64,000 nucleotides of DNA from Cetorhinus maximus (Eukaryota), in assembly GCF_964194155.1 (NCBI RefSeq), contig NC_135879.1, positions 96,224,001-96,288,000 of the forward strand. The letters are read 5' to 3'. Below, piece by piece: positions 37,310-49,760 of the stretch. The notes under the pieces are model-generated. The model ran no database searches. It was not told the DNA's origin and saw only the letters and a list, made by a program, of their open reading frames with translations. The stretch's first letter is position 1. Each line of letters starts with the position of its first letter. A program made the position numbers and the translations under genes.

Positions 37310-38375
37310 CTCAGTGTTTAGTTCCATTCACAACTCCTCAGATAATGAAGCAGTCTGTGCCCACATTTAGCAAGACTTGGATAACATTCAGGCTTAGGCT
37401 GGTAAGTGGAAAGGAACATTTCTGCTGCACAGATGCCAGGCAATGACCATCTCCATATTCCTTTCAAATTCAACTGCATTATCATCATCAAATCCCCCCC
37501 ACCACCATCCTGCAGGTCACTATTGACCAGAAGCTTAACTGGACCAGCCACATAAATATTGTGGTTACAAAAATGGGTCAGAGGCTGGGTATTCTGCAGC
37601 GAGTACCTCACATCCTGAATCTTCAAGCCTTTCTGCCATCTAGAAAACACAAAACAGGAATGTGATGAAATACTCTTCACTTATGGGGGATGAGCGCAAC
37701 TTGAACAATACTCAAGAAGTTCAACACCATCCAGGATAGACTAGCCCACATGAGTGGTATCCCATCCACCATCTTAAAAATTCACTGCCTCCATTACCAG
37801 TGCATATCTTAGGGGATGTAAAAGAGCCCATGCACTATTTTGAAGAAGAGCAAGGGAGTCATCCTCAATGTCCTGGTCAATATTTGTCCGTCAATCAACA
37901 TCAGAAAATAAATAGACTATCTGGTCATTATCAGATCACTGTTGAGAGTTTGCTGTGTGCAAATTGGTTGTTGCATTTCCTACTACATTAATTACACTCA
38001 AAAGTACTTATTTGGCTGCAAAGTGCTTTGGGATGTTCTGTAGTCATAAAAGGCACTGTTTAAATACAGTCTTTTTCTTTCCTTAGTGTGTACCAGCTTC
38101 ACGATGCACTGCAGCAATTCATCAAGACTTTTTCACCAGCATCTCTCAAATCCAAAACTGCATGTCATCCTGACTTGAAAATATATTGCCATTTCTTCAT
38201 CATTACTACTTCAAAATCCTAGAACTCCCTACTTAACAGCACTGTGAGTACCTTCGCCACAAAGGCTGCAAAGGTTTAAGAAGGCAGCTCACCACCACAT
38301 ACTCTAGAGGGGAATTAGGGACGGGCAATAAATGCTGGCCATCCCAGCGTCACTCATCCCATGAAGGAACTAAAC
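37310..38375 (+). mobile_element. LINE family B 3' region with nested Deu-SINE 3' half (~37800-38083)
   Basis: Homologous to 22495-24200 and 51035-51790; ends gggcaataaatgctggcc. Confidence 0.75.
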
Positions 38376-39109
38376 AAGAGTAACGGAAAAGAAAAAAGCA
38401 CCAAACCACAACATGAAGCTCATAAAGACCAAATTAAAAAGTGCCAAAAAAAATTGAACAACTCTTTCATAGCCTGTCATTAGGGTTCCCCTGAAATGAT
38501 TACTTTTAAATATGTTAGAAGGCATGACATTTGCCCGTTATTGTTGACTTTGGTCAGGGATGTAGTAATTGTGGTCCTGGGCTTACAGATAAGGCTGGAT
38601 GTAATACTGTTAGCAAACTCTATGGGCAGAATTTTACATCCCGTGGGCGTGCCCGACCCGATCGGGTGTAAAATAGCGCACGGTGACACCAGGTGAGCGC
38701 CCCAACGTCATTGCGCATTCCCTCAACATTTCGGTCGCCGAGCAGGTGCTGGAGCCACGCCTGTCATTAATTGAGAGGCCACTTAAGGCCATTTAAAAGC
38801 CAATTGACACTAATTTTTCATTGTCCATGTGATTTCACGCTCATCGCACGGGCAAGATGGGCTGGCAGCCAGACAACATTTTCAAAAACCTCATCCACGG
38901 ATGGGATAAAAGGGGTAAGCAGCATTGTCAGTGTCAGAAGTGGGGAGTTTGGTACATAGTTTGCTGCTGGTAACTTATTGGTACTTGGCAGTTTAATCTC
39001 TGTTCGGGACTTCATTCTTTGCATTTCCAGGCTTCATTTCAGGACTTCTTGGTGTTTCCAAAGCCCCCAGAGGATACAGACCTTATGAACCCTTCTTGTT
39101 ACCCTGGTA

Positions 39110-40055
39110 ATGAGGATTGTGGACTCCGCTAGAGGCACCTCCTCTGAGGAGGAAGAGAGGGCTCAGAAGGGAGAGGAGGCCAGGTGTTCCAATGCAGCTC
39201 CAAGGGGAGCAACCTGTGGGAGGAGAGGCGCAGGCACAAGGGGCACAGGGTCAGCAGGTAGTCCAAGGTGGAAGGGGGCACAGAAGATGCCATTATCCTG
39301 CTGCCAGGGTTTACAGGCAGCGATGCAGCTACCTCAATATGTCTGGGGTGCAATGCCGAAGGAGGCTCCACCTCTCCAGGGAGACTGTGACCTCCATTTG
39401 TCAGAGGGTCGGGCCTGAGATCAGCTCCAACTGTGTGTGTGGACACCCCATGCCAGTGGCGCTGAAGGTCACAGTGGCCCTCAACTTCTATGCCTCTGGC
39501 TCTTACCAGGGGTCATTGGGGGATCTTTGTGGAGTCTCCTAATCAGCTGTCTATAGTTGTGTCAAGCTGGTGACAGAAGCTCTGTTCAGGCGGGTATGAC
39601 CTTTATTCTTTACCATACAGATGAGGCCAGCCAGGCTAAGCGAGCCAGAGGCTGCGTTGCCCTGTGTTCAGGGTGCAATCGACTGTACACATGTGGCCAT
39701 CAAGACGCCAGCAGGTGAGCCCGGTGCCTTCGTCAACAGGAAGGGCTTCCACTCCATGAACGTGCAGATAGTGTGTGATCACAGGTTGCAGAGTCTGCAC
39801 GTCTGTGAAAGGTACCCTGGCAGCTCCCATAACGCTTTTATCCTGAGGCACTCCCAGGTGCCGAGGCTCTTCAGTGCTCCAGCCCGACTGGATGGATGGC
39901 TGCTGGGCGACAAGGCTATCCATTGAAGAGGTGGCTCATGAAGCCTCTCCGCCATCCAAGAACAGAGGCAGAGAAGCGTTCCAATACAAGTCATGCCTTC
40001 ACAAGGGCAGTGATAGAGAGGACCATAGGTCTTCTCAAGATACGCTTCCGATGCC
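39110..40055 (+). pseudogene. Harbinger DDE transposase (HARBI1-family), disrupted and 3'-truncated
   Basis: RVYRQR, ALKVTVALNFYASGSYQ, GAIDCTHV, NRKGFHSMNVQIVCD, PGSSH, WLLGDK.Y, IERTIGLLK.RFRC. Confidence 0.92.
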
Positions 40056-40099
40056 AGAGCCAATGAGCAGTTTGTGCGCCTACGTGAGGTCGTTCTGGA

Positions 40100-40504
40100 A
40101 CAAAAACAGAATTACCTGGAAAAACTCAGCAGGTCTGGCAGCATTGGTGGAGAAGAAATCAGTTAACGTTTCGAGTCTTCATGACCCTTCGGCAGAACTG
40201 AGTATAGTTAGGAGAAAGGAGAAATATAAGCTGGTCTAAGGTGGGGGGGCGGGGGGGAGAGAGAAGTTGAGGGTGTGGTGATTGTGGAGATAAGCAAGCA
40301 GTGATAGGAGCAGATAATCAAAAGATGTCACAGACAAAAGGATCAAAGAGGTGTTGAAGGTGGTGATATTGTCTAGGAAAAGTGCTAATTAAGAATGGAA
40401 GACAGGATACTCAAGGTACAGCTCTAGTCGGGGTGGGGTGGAAAGACTAACAAAGTTTTAGTTTTAGATTTAAAAATAATGGAAATAGGTGGGAAAAGAA
40501 GAAA
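40100..40504 (-). mobile_element. Neptune-type Penelope 3' tail inserted in the Harbinger
   Basis: Homologous to 26950-27364. 13-bp TSD aggtcgttctgga at 40087-40099 and 40505-40517. Confidence 0.9.
40161..40199 (-). ncRNA. Hammerhead-like motif, variant core CUGCCGA
   Basis: agtt CTGCCGA a gggtc-atgaa-gactc GAA ACGT T aact. Confidence 0.6.
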
Positions 40505-40517
40505 AGGTCGTTCTGGA

Positions 40518-42078
40518 CCTCCCTGTTCACCATTGATGGATGGGCACCTAGCTGGGATACTGGGTACCTCATCCATCTCCCACACTGGCACTGACCACCT
40601 GAGGTCAGTGCCTGTGTGAGGGCTTGCAGGTCCGAGCACACCCCCAGGAACCTTTCATTCGGTCCCTGCAGCTGCCTCTCCATGAGAGTCGCCACTCTCT
40701 CAATGGAGAAGGCAGAGCGCTCAGCCTTGAGAGTCAATGCAGTTCTCACACTCCGCATGGACTCCTCCACAACGGAGAACATAGCAGGCATACCCTCATG
40801 GATCTCCGCCAGATCCTCCCACACATCTTGCTGGACATCCAGCATCTGCCACCTAATGGATGACTCCAGAGGCTCATCGTCAGCCTTTGACTGAGCATCA
40901 TCCTGGTTCCCAGCAGTCCTTCAACTGCCGGCACCCTGGGCACTCTCTGCCTCTGCCTGCACCTCAAGCGAGTGTGAAGTGCCCTCACTGCTGTGCACCG
41001 ACATTCCAGCCGCCGATCTAATGCCCATCAAGGTGCTAGTATCTGTGCTGGTGCCTGCTTCAGAGAGCAGATATGACGCAGGTGCAAGTGAAGCCCCATG
41101 GTCCTGCAGCGTCAGGGATAGCCCTTCAGGGTCCACAGAATGATTGTGTGCTGGTGTACCTAAAAGGGAGAACAACGACATGTCATTAGTTAAAGTCATC
41201 ACACTGTCACTGTGCACGCCAGACACCCTGGTGAGACAATGGAGATCAGCATCATGGTGCCATTGTCTTTCAATGATCAATGGGGAATCCAGGTTCGAGG
41301 CTCACATCAAAGAAGAGACTACACTGGATTGGTTGCACAATCCGAAACTCTCACCTCTGTGCACTGCACTCTTACCTTCGACTGGCACCCCCGCCTCTCC
41401 AGGCCTGGTTGCATGGGGAGTGTGCTGGTTTTCGACCTCAAGAGTGTCCTTCTCGAACATGCTGAGCAGCAGGATGTTGGGCGGGCCTCCGCCTGTACGT
41501 TCCCTCTCTGCTTGGTTATGGCTTGTCTTCTCCTGAAAGGACAGAGGAGCATTGATTAGTCCACTCTCTACCAGCAGCGCCACAGCAGCCTGTCCAACCT
41601 CTGCTGAGGAACACCTCGCAGGGCACACCCAAGTTGTGGCCCTCAAGCCACAAGGCACTCAGTCCAAGCAGCCAGGGCTCACCTCCCTTGGCCAGTTCCT
41701 GCGTCATTGACAGTTGGCATTCAGACTTTAGCACCCTTGAGGCCCACGGGGGGACGGCCATACCTGAACACTTTTGCACACTGAGCCATACCAACACAGT
41801 GCTTATCCTTCCTGAGTGCAGCCGGTCATTGAAACTCTTCCGGCACTGCATCCATCCGCGCTACACCACATCATGGCTGCTCACCAGTGCTGCCACCAGA
41901 CATGTCCTCTTGGTGAGGTGTGGTGGTCTCTACCTCCATCTCTGGGACAAGGGTGTTCCCTTCTGGCAGCCACTTCCTCCAGGAGGACGGCAAGGCACTC
42001 ATCCAAAAAGCGGGGAGCAGAGTGCCCGCCCAACCTTCCCTCCTGCCTGGCGTCTCCAGCTGCACTCAGCTCCATCAT
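40518..42078 (-). pseudogene. Harbinger Myb/SANT-like gene, 3 exons (42078-41807, 41532-41355, 41159-<40518)
   Basis: APRF.D..L.VLLEEV...WMQCRKSFND; exon 2 EKTSHNQAERERTGGGPP; acceptors cctttcag and cttttag; donor gtgaga; the exon 1 donor reads ataag (mutated). Exon phases are compatible. Confidence 0.8.
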
Positions 42079-42288
42079 TTGAGTTTGCTAACGCACAGCA
42101 GAAGTTCCACCGTGGCAGCCTTCCAGCGGCTGCCTGGGCCATTTTTAAACCGGCCTCCAGGTTGTCATTAGACCCGGCAGCTGACAGGCACCCGCCCCTG
42201 CTCAGCCCTTCCTGACCAGTGATGAGCCGCGTTTCATGCTGGGCGGGCCTTAATAGCATGAAATCGCAGTCGGGGCTGATTACGGGTG

Positions 42289-42455
42289 GCAGACCATTTC
42301 CCGGCCGCTCCGGGGCCTGGCAGACCATTTCCCGGCCGCTCCGGGGCCCAGCAGACCATTTCCCAGCCGCTCCGGGGCCCGGCAGACCATTTCCCGGCCG
42401 TTCCGGGACCTACCCACCCGACCCACCCACCCCCATTTCCCGGCCGTTCCGGGAC
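42289..42455 (+). repeat. 31-bp GC-rich minisatellite in the Harbinger subterminal region
   Basis: gcagaccatttcccggccgctccggggccNN at 42289, 42320, 42351 and 42382, plus a partial fifth copy. Confidence 0.92.
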
Positions 42456-42747
42456 CCACCCATCGGGACCCACCCACCCCACCCGCCCGATGACCTCAAA
42501 ATCCTGCCCTACATGTTATTTAACATTATGCTTAGCTATTTACAAGGTAGCCTCTACACGATGCTCTACATGGAACGATCTCACTCCATGCTCTGTTAAC
42601 ATGTGATCTTACATCACTAATGATATAAACTATATATTTACATATTCAATATGAACTCTTTATACTACATCTCCCTCCAAGTCTCTGACTCAATAATACT
42701 ATTTACATTATCCTACACCTTTCCCCAAAGTCTCTGTCTTTATCTCT

Positions 42748-42861
42748 GTTTTTGTTTATTCATTCACGGGATGCGGGCTTCGCTGGCTGGGCCAGCATTT
42801 ATTGCCCATCTCTAGTTGCCCTTGAGAAGGTGATGGTGAGCTGCCTTCTTGAACCGCTGCA
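42748..42861 (-). mobile_element. LINE family B 3' tail inserted in the Gypsy 3' UTR
   Basis: ggccagcatttattgccc...cttgagaaggtg...cttgaaccgctgc. Confidence 0.8.
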
Positions 42862-45479
42862 GAGATAAGCATTGTGGTAGTTTCACCAATCTCCCCGACC
42901 TTGTTCGGATCTCTCTCTGAGATTACATGGAATTCAGGTTCTCCATATTTGTCCTTGAACTCTGTTGAGTAGCTTGTGAATCTTCAGAGACTATTGGTTT
43001 TCTGTTCAGGTTGTCTTCCTAATCATATAGATAGTTTGTCCATTTTATTGATGGTCTTCTCCTTGTTGATATGAGTGTGCATCTATTCCTTCTTACTATC
43101 CCATTCTCTGTTTCACCCAGATGAGATCTCAGACTTTGTGTCTTTTCTAGTACTTGGCCTTCTATATTCTGGTCTCTAATCCAGACTGGTTCACCTGGTT
43201 GGAGTCCTGGTAACTCATGCACTCTTCGGCATTGAATGTAATCCTTTGTCTGATTTGCATGATAATCATCCTCCTTCTCCCTTACCCTCAAAATGTCAAA
43301 GGGTTTTAGACATGGTGTGAGCCTATATGGAAGAACAGGAAGTTGTGTGCATAATCTTCTTCCCATCAATAGTTCTGAAGGAGCCCATTCTTTACTGCTA
43401 TGGAACTCAGCTCAACAGTGCTAAGAGGAGATCATCATTCTTTTTCAATAAAGCTTTGACTATTCTTACTCCTCTCTCGCCTCACCATTGCTTGTGGGTA
43501 CCTGGGTGAACTAATTGTGTGGACAAATCCATAGCCTCCTGTAAATTCCTTGAACTCTTCATTCGCAAATTGCACACCATTGTCTGAAACGACAAGATCT
43601 GGACTGTCTTGTGTGGCAAAAATTTATTTTAGTAAATTGGTGACTGTTTCCGAGGTTGTCACAGGAAGATGTTTAACCTCAATCCATCTAGAATATAGTC
43701 AACAACTATGAGGAATGTCTTCCCCTTGAGCTCGAATAAGTAAGTCCTTTCCTAGGTGTTCCCAGGATCTGGATGGAAACGATGTACCATCAAAGGTTCC
43801 TTCTGCTTTTGGTGATGGATTTCACAGGTGATGCTGCTCAAAATCATGTCTTCTTTTGACCTTGAAATTCATGACCACCAAACTAAATTCCATGCCCTAA
43901 GCAACACTTTGTAATAATTCGGTGTATTCTTTGAAGATTTCGAGTCTGAGGAATCTTGGTATGACCAACCTCTCATCGTAGATTAATAAAATGTCCACAA
44001 TACTGAGATGTTTGTATTGCTCGAAGTGCTGTTTTAAAATGACATTTTCGAGGCTTTCTCTGATTTTAGCTCATTTTTCATCTGTTTTCTGTGCTTGGCA
44101 TATTTTACTCAGCTTCCTTGTGTTTGCTGGTCAGAATTTTGTTATGAGTGAGCTGTATGATTCTACCTCCTCAATAAGATTTTTGTCCACCTGTTCTGGC
44201 TTCCCAACAGGAATGCATGATAATGCATCTGCTGTTATTTGCAGCTTGTCATACACATGTTCGGCTGGTTCCCTCACCTGCTGTACTAGGGAAGCTTTCT
44301 CTCTGGTTTCTTCTAGAAGTTGTAAATCAGTGCAAGCTTTCCAGCTTAACAGTGAGCATTCTTGATTGAGAATACCATGCAAGGTTTCTATGATTTCTCT
44401 TGATTTCTGTCAGAATTTTGTAGTCAACTGTCCCTTGACTTTCAGCTGAATACGCCTGGACCGTGGAGTCTTATGGTTGATGGCTGGAGTATGTCTGGTT
44501 TTAACCACTTCTCTGTAACTGACAGAATTGAAACTGCAGTTCCAGTGTCTAACTTAAGTTTTTTTTATGTCCATTGACCATAATATCTGCACTCCAATAA
44601 TTTCCTTTTAAACTTGTGACTTCTCCCAGCAATGGTATTTCTGGTTCTTTTTCTTCTTCAATCTCTTGAATGTCTTCGATTTTCTGGATTGTACATGATC
44701 TTGGCTGTTTCTGCCTGAATTGTTTGGTTAAAGGCTGTCTGCTGTGATAAACTGATTTAAAATGGCCTCTCTTCTTGCAGGAATGGCATTCCTTAGTTTT
44801 GGCAAGACATTCTTTGCACCGATGCCACCTTTTCCTGCCACAACGAGAACAATGAATAACGGTGGCTCTTTTCCTTTGTTTGGGGTTAGATGTGCTGTAG
44901 TTTTTACATGTTATAAGACTCTATCAGCCTGCTTTGTCCAGAGATTTCCTTTTCACCTCAAATGAAAGTTTTGTTTTGCTTTCTCTCTTCTGCCTGCCTC
45001 GCTATCTGTACCACCTCAATATGGTCAAGTCTTCCCGTGGCTTCAAAAAATCAGAGATTGTCTCTTCTAACACTCACACGATGATGTGATCTCTAGTTAG
45101 TTCATACTTCAGGGCTCTGTAGTCACAATTTTCTCCTAATCAATATAGCTCATTAATAAAGGAATCTATGCTCTCTCCCAGTCTTTGGGTGAACCTATTA
45201 AATTTTGCTTTCTATATAATGGTGTTTTTGCAAAAATTAAAATAAGTTTTGAAAGCGTTGACGACTTCTTCGTACGATGCTGTATCTTCGTTTACACGTT
45301 CACTGACCATAACATCATCTGCACTATTGCCGATGGCATAGAGTAAGGTACTGAGTTGCTCTTTGCTAGTCTTTTCTGCTAGTCCTGATGTTGTTCTGTA
45401 CCTGGTGAACTTTTGATACCAGTTCTTCTACTTTTCGCTTGATCCAAGTCTTCCATGTGGTCAAAGCACTCTGGTAGAG

Positions 45480-46870
45480 ACAGGTTTTTTCCCATTTCTT
45501 CCTTTTACTGCTGCTTCTTCTGGAGCATGGCTGTAGGGCAGACCCCAGAGTTGCATAACTTTTCCCGCTTTGAAGAGGAGGCAGCAGAGTTGGCTGGAGA
45601 AGAAAGGGATCGGTCCTGTGCAGAAGGCGAGATCGGCCACCGCCAAGAAGCCAGTGAGGATGCACCCTCTATTCCTCGGCCACATACTGACAATCACTCT
45701 AAGTTATGTATAATGCATGCACCTGCCTACTCAGTCACTAATTCTATCTTCTCTCTGTTCCACATACCAACAGGAAGAGGCCAAGATGTTCCTCCAGCCA
45801 GCACATCAACCCCAGCCCCAGTCCACCTCCGAAGAGGAGGAGAATAATCCATTTGAAGAAGACCTGTCACTAAGTTCACTTACACCCTTCACCAGCGCAG
45901 AGACATGTACCTAGTTCTAGTTCTAGAGTAGGTTCGGGATCACTCTCTAGTGATCACCTCACCAACACATCTCCACAGCAGGCAGGGGCAGTGACAGCCC
46001 AGGTCGATGGTAGTTGTAGGACTGCTGGAGACCAGGCCCTTGCTGAGTCCGAGTCTGATGATGAGCCTCCACAATCGGCCCCGAGAGAGATATTGGAGAT
46101 GCAAAGAGAGGCAGGGGAACATCAGGAAGAATTCTGATGAAGAGTCATACGGACTCAAAACATTAACTATACTCCTCTCCGCAGATGCTGTCAGACCTAC
46201 TGAGTTTTTCCAGCTATTTTTATTTTTGTTTCAGATTTCCAGCATCCGCAGTATTTTGTTTTTATCAGGAAGAGTTGCTAGATGCCGTCCCCAGACTGGA
46301 ACGAAGGGTGGAGGAGTCCATTCGCTTTCTCTTTGATGTCATGACTCTGGCACATGGGTGCATCGAAGTCTCCATAGGAAAGATGGCGGCCGCCTTGGAG
46401 ACCCAGGTCCAGCGGTTTCTGCTGGATTTGCACTTGGACTTGCACATCATCACTTTAGCCATGAGTGGGATCCAGCAGTGGTTAGGCAAGAGCGGGGTGG
46501 GGCACCTTGACCTCCTTCTAATTGCCCCTTCTCCTCAAGCAGTCAGGGAAGGGCCCACAGGTGCACCAGAAGGGAGGAGGAACATCAGTCGGACAACCTG
46601 GGTGCATCCACACAGGGCACTCCTGTCACACAGGTCCTGCCGCTTCAAATCTCCTCCACCTGTGACCCCATAACTCCAGCTGGTCAGGCCGAGGAGGATA
46701 CACCTGCCTCTGAGCAATAGACCCACAGCAGGCCGGGGGGCCCTCCAGACCTCGGACCTCCAGAGGATGCCCGCCAAAGGTATCTCAGACAACATGGCAG
46801 CATGGAGCAGGCTGCCTCCACCTCTGCTGAGTATGTCCAAGCTGCACCGAGACACAGTAGTAGAGTGAGA
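45480..46870 (+). pseudogene. Harbinger Myb/SANT gene remnant (exons 2-3) of a second element
   Basis: FSRFEEEAAEL exon, acceptor ccaacag near 45773, acidic and coiled-coil region (RLERRVEES...MAAALE), similar to exon 3 of the other copies. Confidence 0.55.
46131..46263 (+). mobile_element. 133-bp Penelope-tail insertion beginning at a hammerhead motif
   Basis: att CTGATGA a gagtc-atacg-gactc AAA ACAT T aact, followed by the tail. TSD atcaggaaga at 46121-46130 and 46264-46273. Confidence 0.85.
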
Positions 46871-48559
46871 TAAATTAAGAAATTACAAATGCACAATGGT
46901 GTTCAATCACTGTAAATAGTTTGCACCTTTGTAAATATATTTTGATTCTCTCACTTGATGTCTCAGGTGTTGAATGGCTGTTCAATGTGATTCCTGTTCC
47001 ATGCTCATTCTGGGGTCACAAATGCCCCGCCCCATGCCAAGTGTGTTCCTTTGTGTCCCTCAGTTCAACGTTGTCCAACTCAATCTCATCTCAGTCCGTT
47101 GCCTTTAGCTCCATCTGGGCAAAATGAACAAAGACAGTTCCTGACCGAACATGATGGCTGGATAGTGCAAATGTAAGCCTTGCATCAGAGGATCTAATAA
47201 TGTGGCCTCTTGAGTATTGTTCTTGGAAGGTTATTGATTATGCTGATGCAGCAGCACTGAACTCTGTTCTATGTGACTGTTACAGGACTTGGTTGACAGC
47301 CATGTTGGAGTTACTCCAACGAAATGCACTTTTCAATGATCTGCATTTAATCACTGTCAGGTTTTGGTAACAGTATGAATCATTGTTGAGGAACATCGTC
47401 TTTCATGGCTGAATGTAGCATTCTTTCATTACCATGTTTATGGCTTAACATTAATCCTTTATTAGTTCACACTCTCCACAGGAATGTTGCAGAGCTCTGG
47501 AAGTTGGTTCTACTCGCTGTCATTTGTAATGTCTGCTAGATGGCAATGCGTGTGGGATGTCAGAGGTGTGCATCCAGCCTGATGACACGAGCCTATTACA
47601 TGTAAATCTGTTAGCTTGTACCTGAAGAGCTGCCTAGGTTGGCTTGACAGAATACCTGTGCCAAGTCACAGATGGACATTCAATGTGGAATTCGTCACCT
47701 GATTGTGCACTCAGTGTGTCAGGGTTCCTTGGAAATATTGCACTTTGGGAGGTCAAAAATGTGGTGGACTGGAATGGGATGAAAGTGATGCACTGGCACA
47801 TCTCCTGAGTGCTCTTCAGTATTAACGAGGGTATTAAGTTATCACTTAAATGATGTGCCAATACTGAGTGGGCCACGTCTCTCCCAGATGCCAGGGGAAT
47901 GCTGCATGTCAGCTTTGCATCTAACCAATGCAGGGTCATGAGTGCCTGTCTGTGATCACATGATGGTCCTGCTGAAGCTCTCAGTGCTTTCAAAGGTCAC
48001 CTAACTCGTAGGTTGACATCCATGCTGCAGAGGTTCACATCACAGAATCCTGAGGAGCCATGCCACCCTGGGGCTCGGTATCAAGATGTGGCCTCACCAC
48101 TAATCAGGCATGAGAGCTGGCATTTTGAGAGATGCTGCTGTATGGATTTAACTCCATCTTCAGACAGTCATGCAACAACCATTGACAGATCACTTTATTT
48201 CCGCAGCCACCCTGTTAAACTTCTACCATACTTCTATTAGTGCGATGATGTTTGTAGTTGTGTTTCTGACCTGTGAAAGCTGCCTTGCCAAGTGCAATTT
48301 TTGTGTCTTGGTAGAATAGACTGTACAATGTGTCGTTGCCTCAGATTGAGCACTGGTGGAGTGCTTATCCCATTGCACAACGGCCACATGCTCCCTATGA
48401 TGCTTAGCGTTCCAAAGAAGAGCCCATCACCTTGAAGATTACTATACTTTTGGAGATTGATGACCTTGCTTGCAATGTCTATCATGATGAAGATGGTCTT
48501 GCTGTCTTCCCTGGCTCAAAGGGACAGAAGAACTGCACTCATATCAGCTTGTCTTCACC

Positions 48560-49760
48560 TTACTCCTCCTGGCACCTTGTCACTATGAGGGTGTCATGGG
48601 CATGTCTTCCACATCATGTCCATGCAGTGACATCCTCAAGTGTCGCGTCTGCATCCTCAACTTCTTCAGCTTGTCTGAGGAGACATGTAGCTCATCCATG
48701 TCTCCACGTGGCAACTCACCCCCACCCCCTTTGCAGCGAGAGGTTGTGTAGTGTGCAGCAAACAGCAATGACGCAGGACACCCTCTGTGGAGAGTACTGG
48801 AGAGTCCTGCCTGATCAGTCAAAACATCTGAAACACATCTTTAAGATGTCAATAGTTTGCTCTTTTCAGGACCTTGTGGCTGAATTGTGCTGTGTTGTAT
48901 CTCTCCTCAGTTGCACTTTGTGGACGACAAATGGGTGTCATTAGCCATGTCTTTTGTGGGTACCCCTTATCACCGAGGCACCAACCCTCAATGCACCAAG
49001 GCCCCTCAAGGATTTGTGGCACCTGGGAGTGGCTCAAGACGTAAGAGTCTTGCGAGCTCCCAGGGCACCTGGCACAAACATGCATGATCTGCTTTTGGTG
49101 ATAACAGATTAGCTGGACATTTGGAGAGTGGAATCCTTTTCTACTAACGAACCTTAATGGCTGCTGCCAGGGAGCTCTTAGATCACTTGTGTGCAGTCAA
49201 TGGCACTCTGCACTTGTGGGAAGTTGGAAATCACCACAAATCCCACAGCTCTGGCAGCCTGGCTTGCTTCATCATGGTGAACTGGATGTAGTGGTGTGCT
49301 TTGCTGAAAAGGGCATCAGTCACCTCCTTCATATATTTATGTAGGGACGATTGTGAGAACCTGCATAGATCCCCAGTGAAGCACTGGAATGAACCGCTAG
49401 CAAAAAAAATTGAGTACGGCAGTCACCTTCAGAGCGATCAGCATTGGATGGCCTCCCAGCCTGTGAGGCATCAGATCCTCACAGAGAATGTGGTAGATGT
49501 GATCCACCAGACCCCCAGACAAGGCGTCTGTGGCACTGTCTTTCTTTCACCTCCATGTTTGAGAAGCGTCTTCTGTAGACCCTTGGTTCCACCAAACTCT
49601 TCCGTGGATTTGGTCCCTCCTCCTCAGCATCTGAGTCTTCATGATGCTCCACTAGCTCTTGTTCTTCATGGCAAGGCTCCCGCCTGAGCTGTGCTAGATG
49701 GTGATGGGCCCTTCTCCTCATCACTCACATCAAAACTATCAAGAAGGCAGCATTGCCTGC
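48560..49760 (-). pseudogene. Harbinger DDE transposase remnant (second element, convergent with 45480-46870)
   Basis: PRVYRRR, ALKVTAVLNFFASGSFQ, FPQVQSAIDCT, RKGFHS.NVQL, PGSSQDSY, LGDKGYP, CCTLHN. Confidence 0.88.

Larger units (their letters stand above)
38624..42509. mobile_element. PIF/Harbinger DNA transposon with both TIRs and convergent transposase and Myb/SANT genes, centrally deleted
   Basis: TIRs gggcagaatttt / aaaatcctgccc; TSD tat/tac; two genes as listed below. Confidence 0.92.
38600..45475 (-). mobile_element. Gypsy LTR retrotransposon (gag, protease, partial RNase H, integrase; RT and 5' LTR lost); its 3' LTR is split by a Harbinger
   Basis: LTR pieces 38600-38623 (tgtaatac) and 42510-42669 (tactaca); PPT complement tctccctcc at 42670. 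Integrase SDNG at ~43580, ADALS at ~44225, protease LDTG at ~44545, gag LSTLLYAIG at ~45340. Confidence 0.85.

Noticed and set aside
39110-40055. Domesticated host HARBI1 gene
   Set aside because: It has stops and frameshifts, is truncated, is bounded by TIRs, and has multiple decayed paralogues nearby.
42289-42455. CRISPR-like array of ~31-bp repeats
   Set aside because: The units are head-to-tail with no unique spacers, there are no cas genes, and the context is a eukaryotic transposon.
41634-42606. Long plus-strand ORFs (193 aa, 126 aa, 106 aa)
   Set aside because: They are antisense shadows of the Myb exon, or translations of the GC-rich minisatellite.
42739-42870. 9-bp inverted flanks (ttatctctg / cagagataa) around a LINE tail, suggesting TIRs
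   Set aside because: Too short and without a TSD; probably a pre-existing hairpin in the Gypsy 3' UTR.
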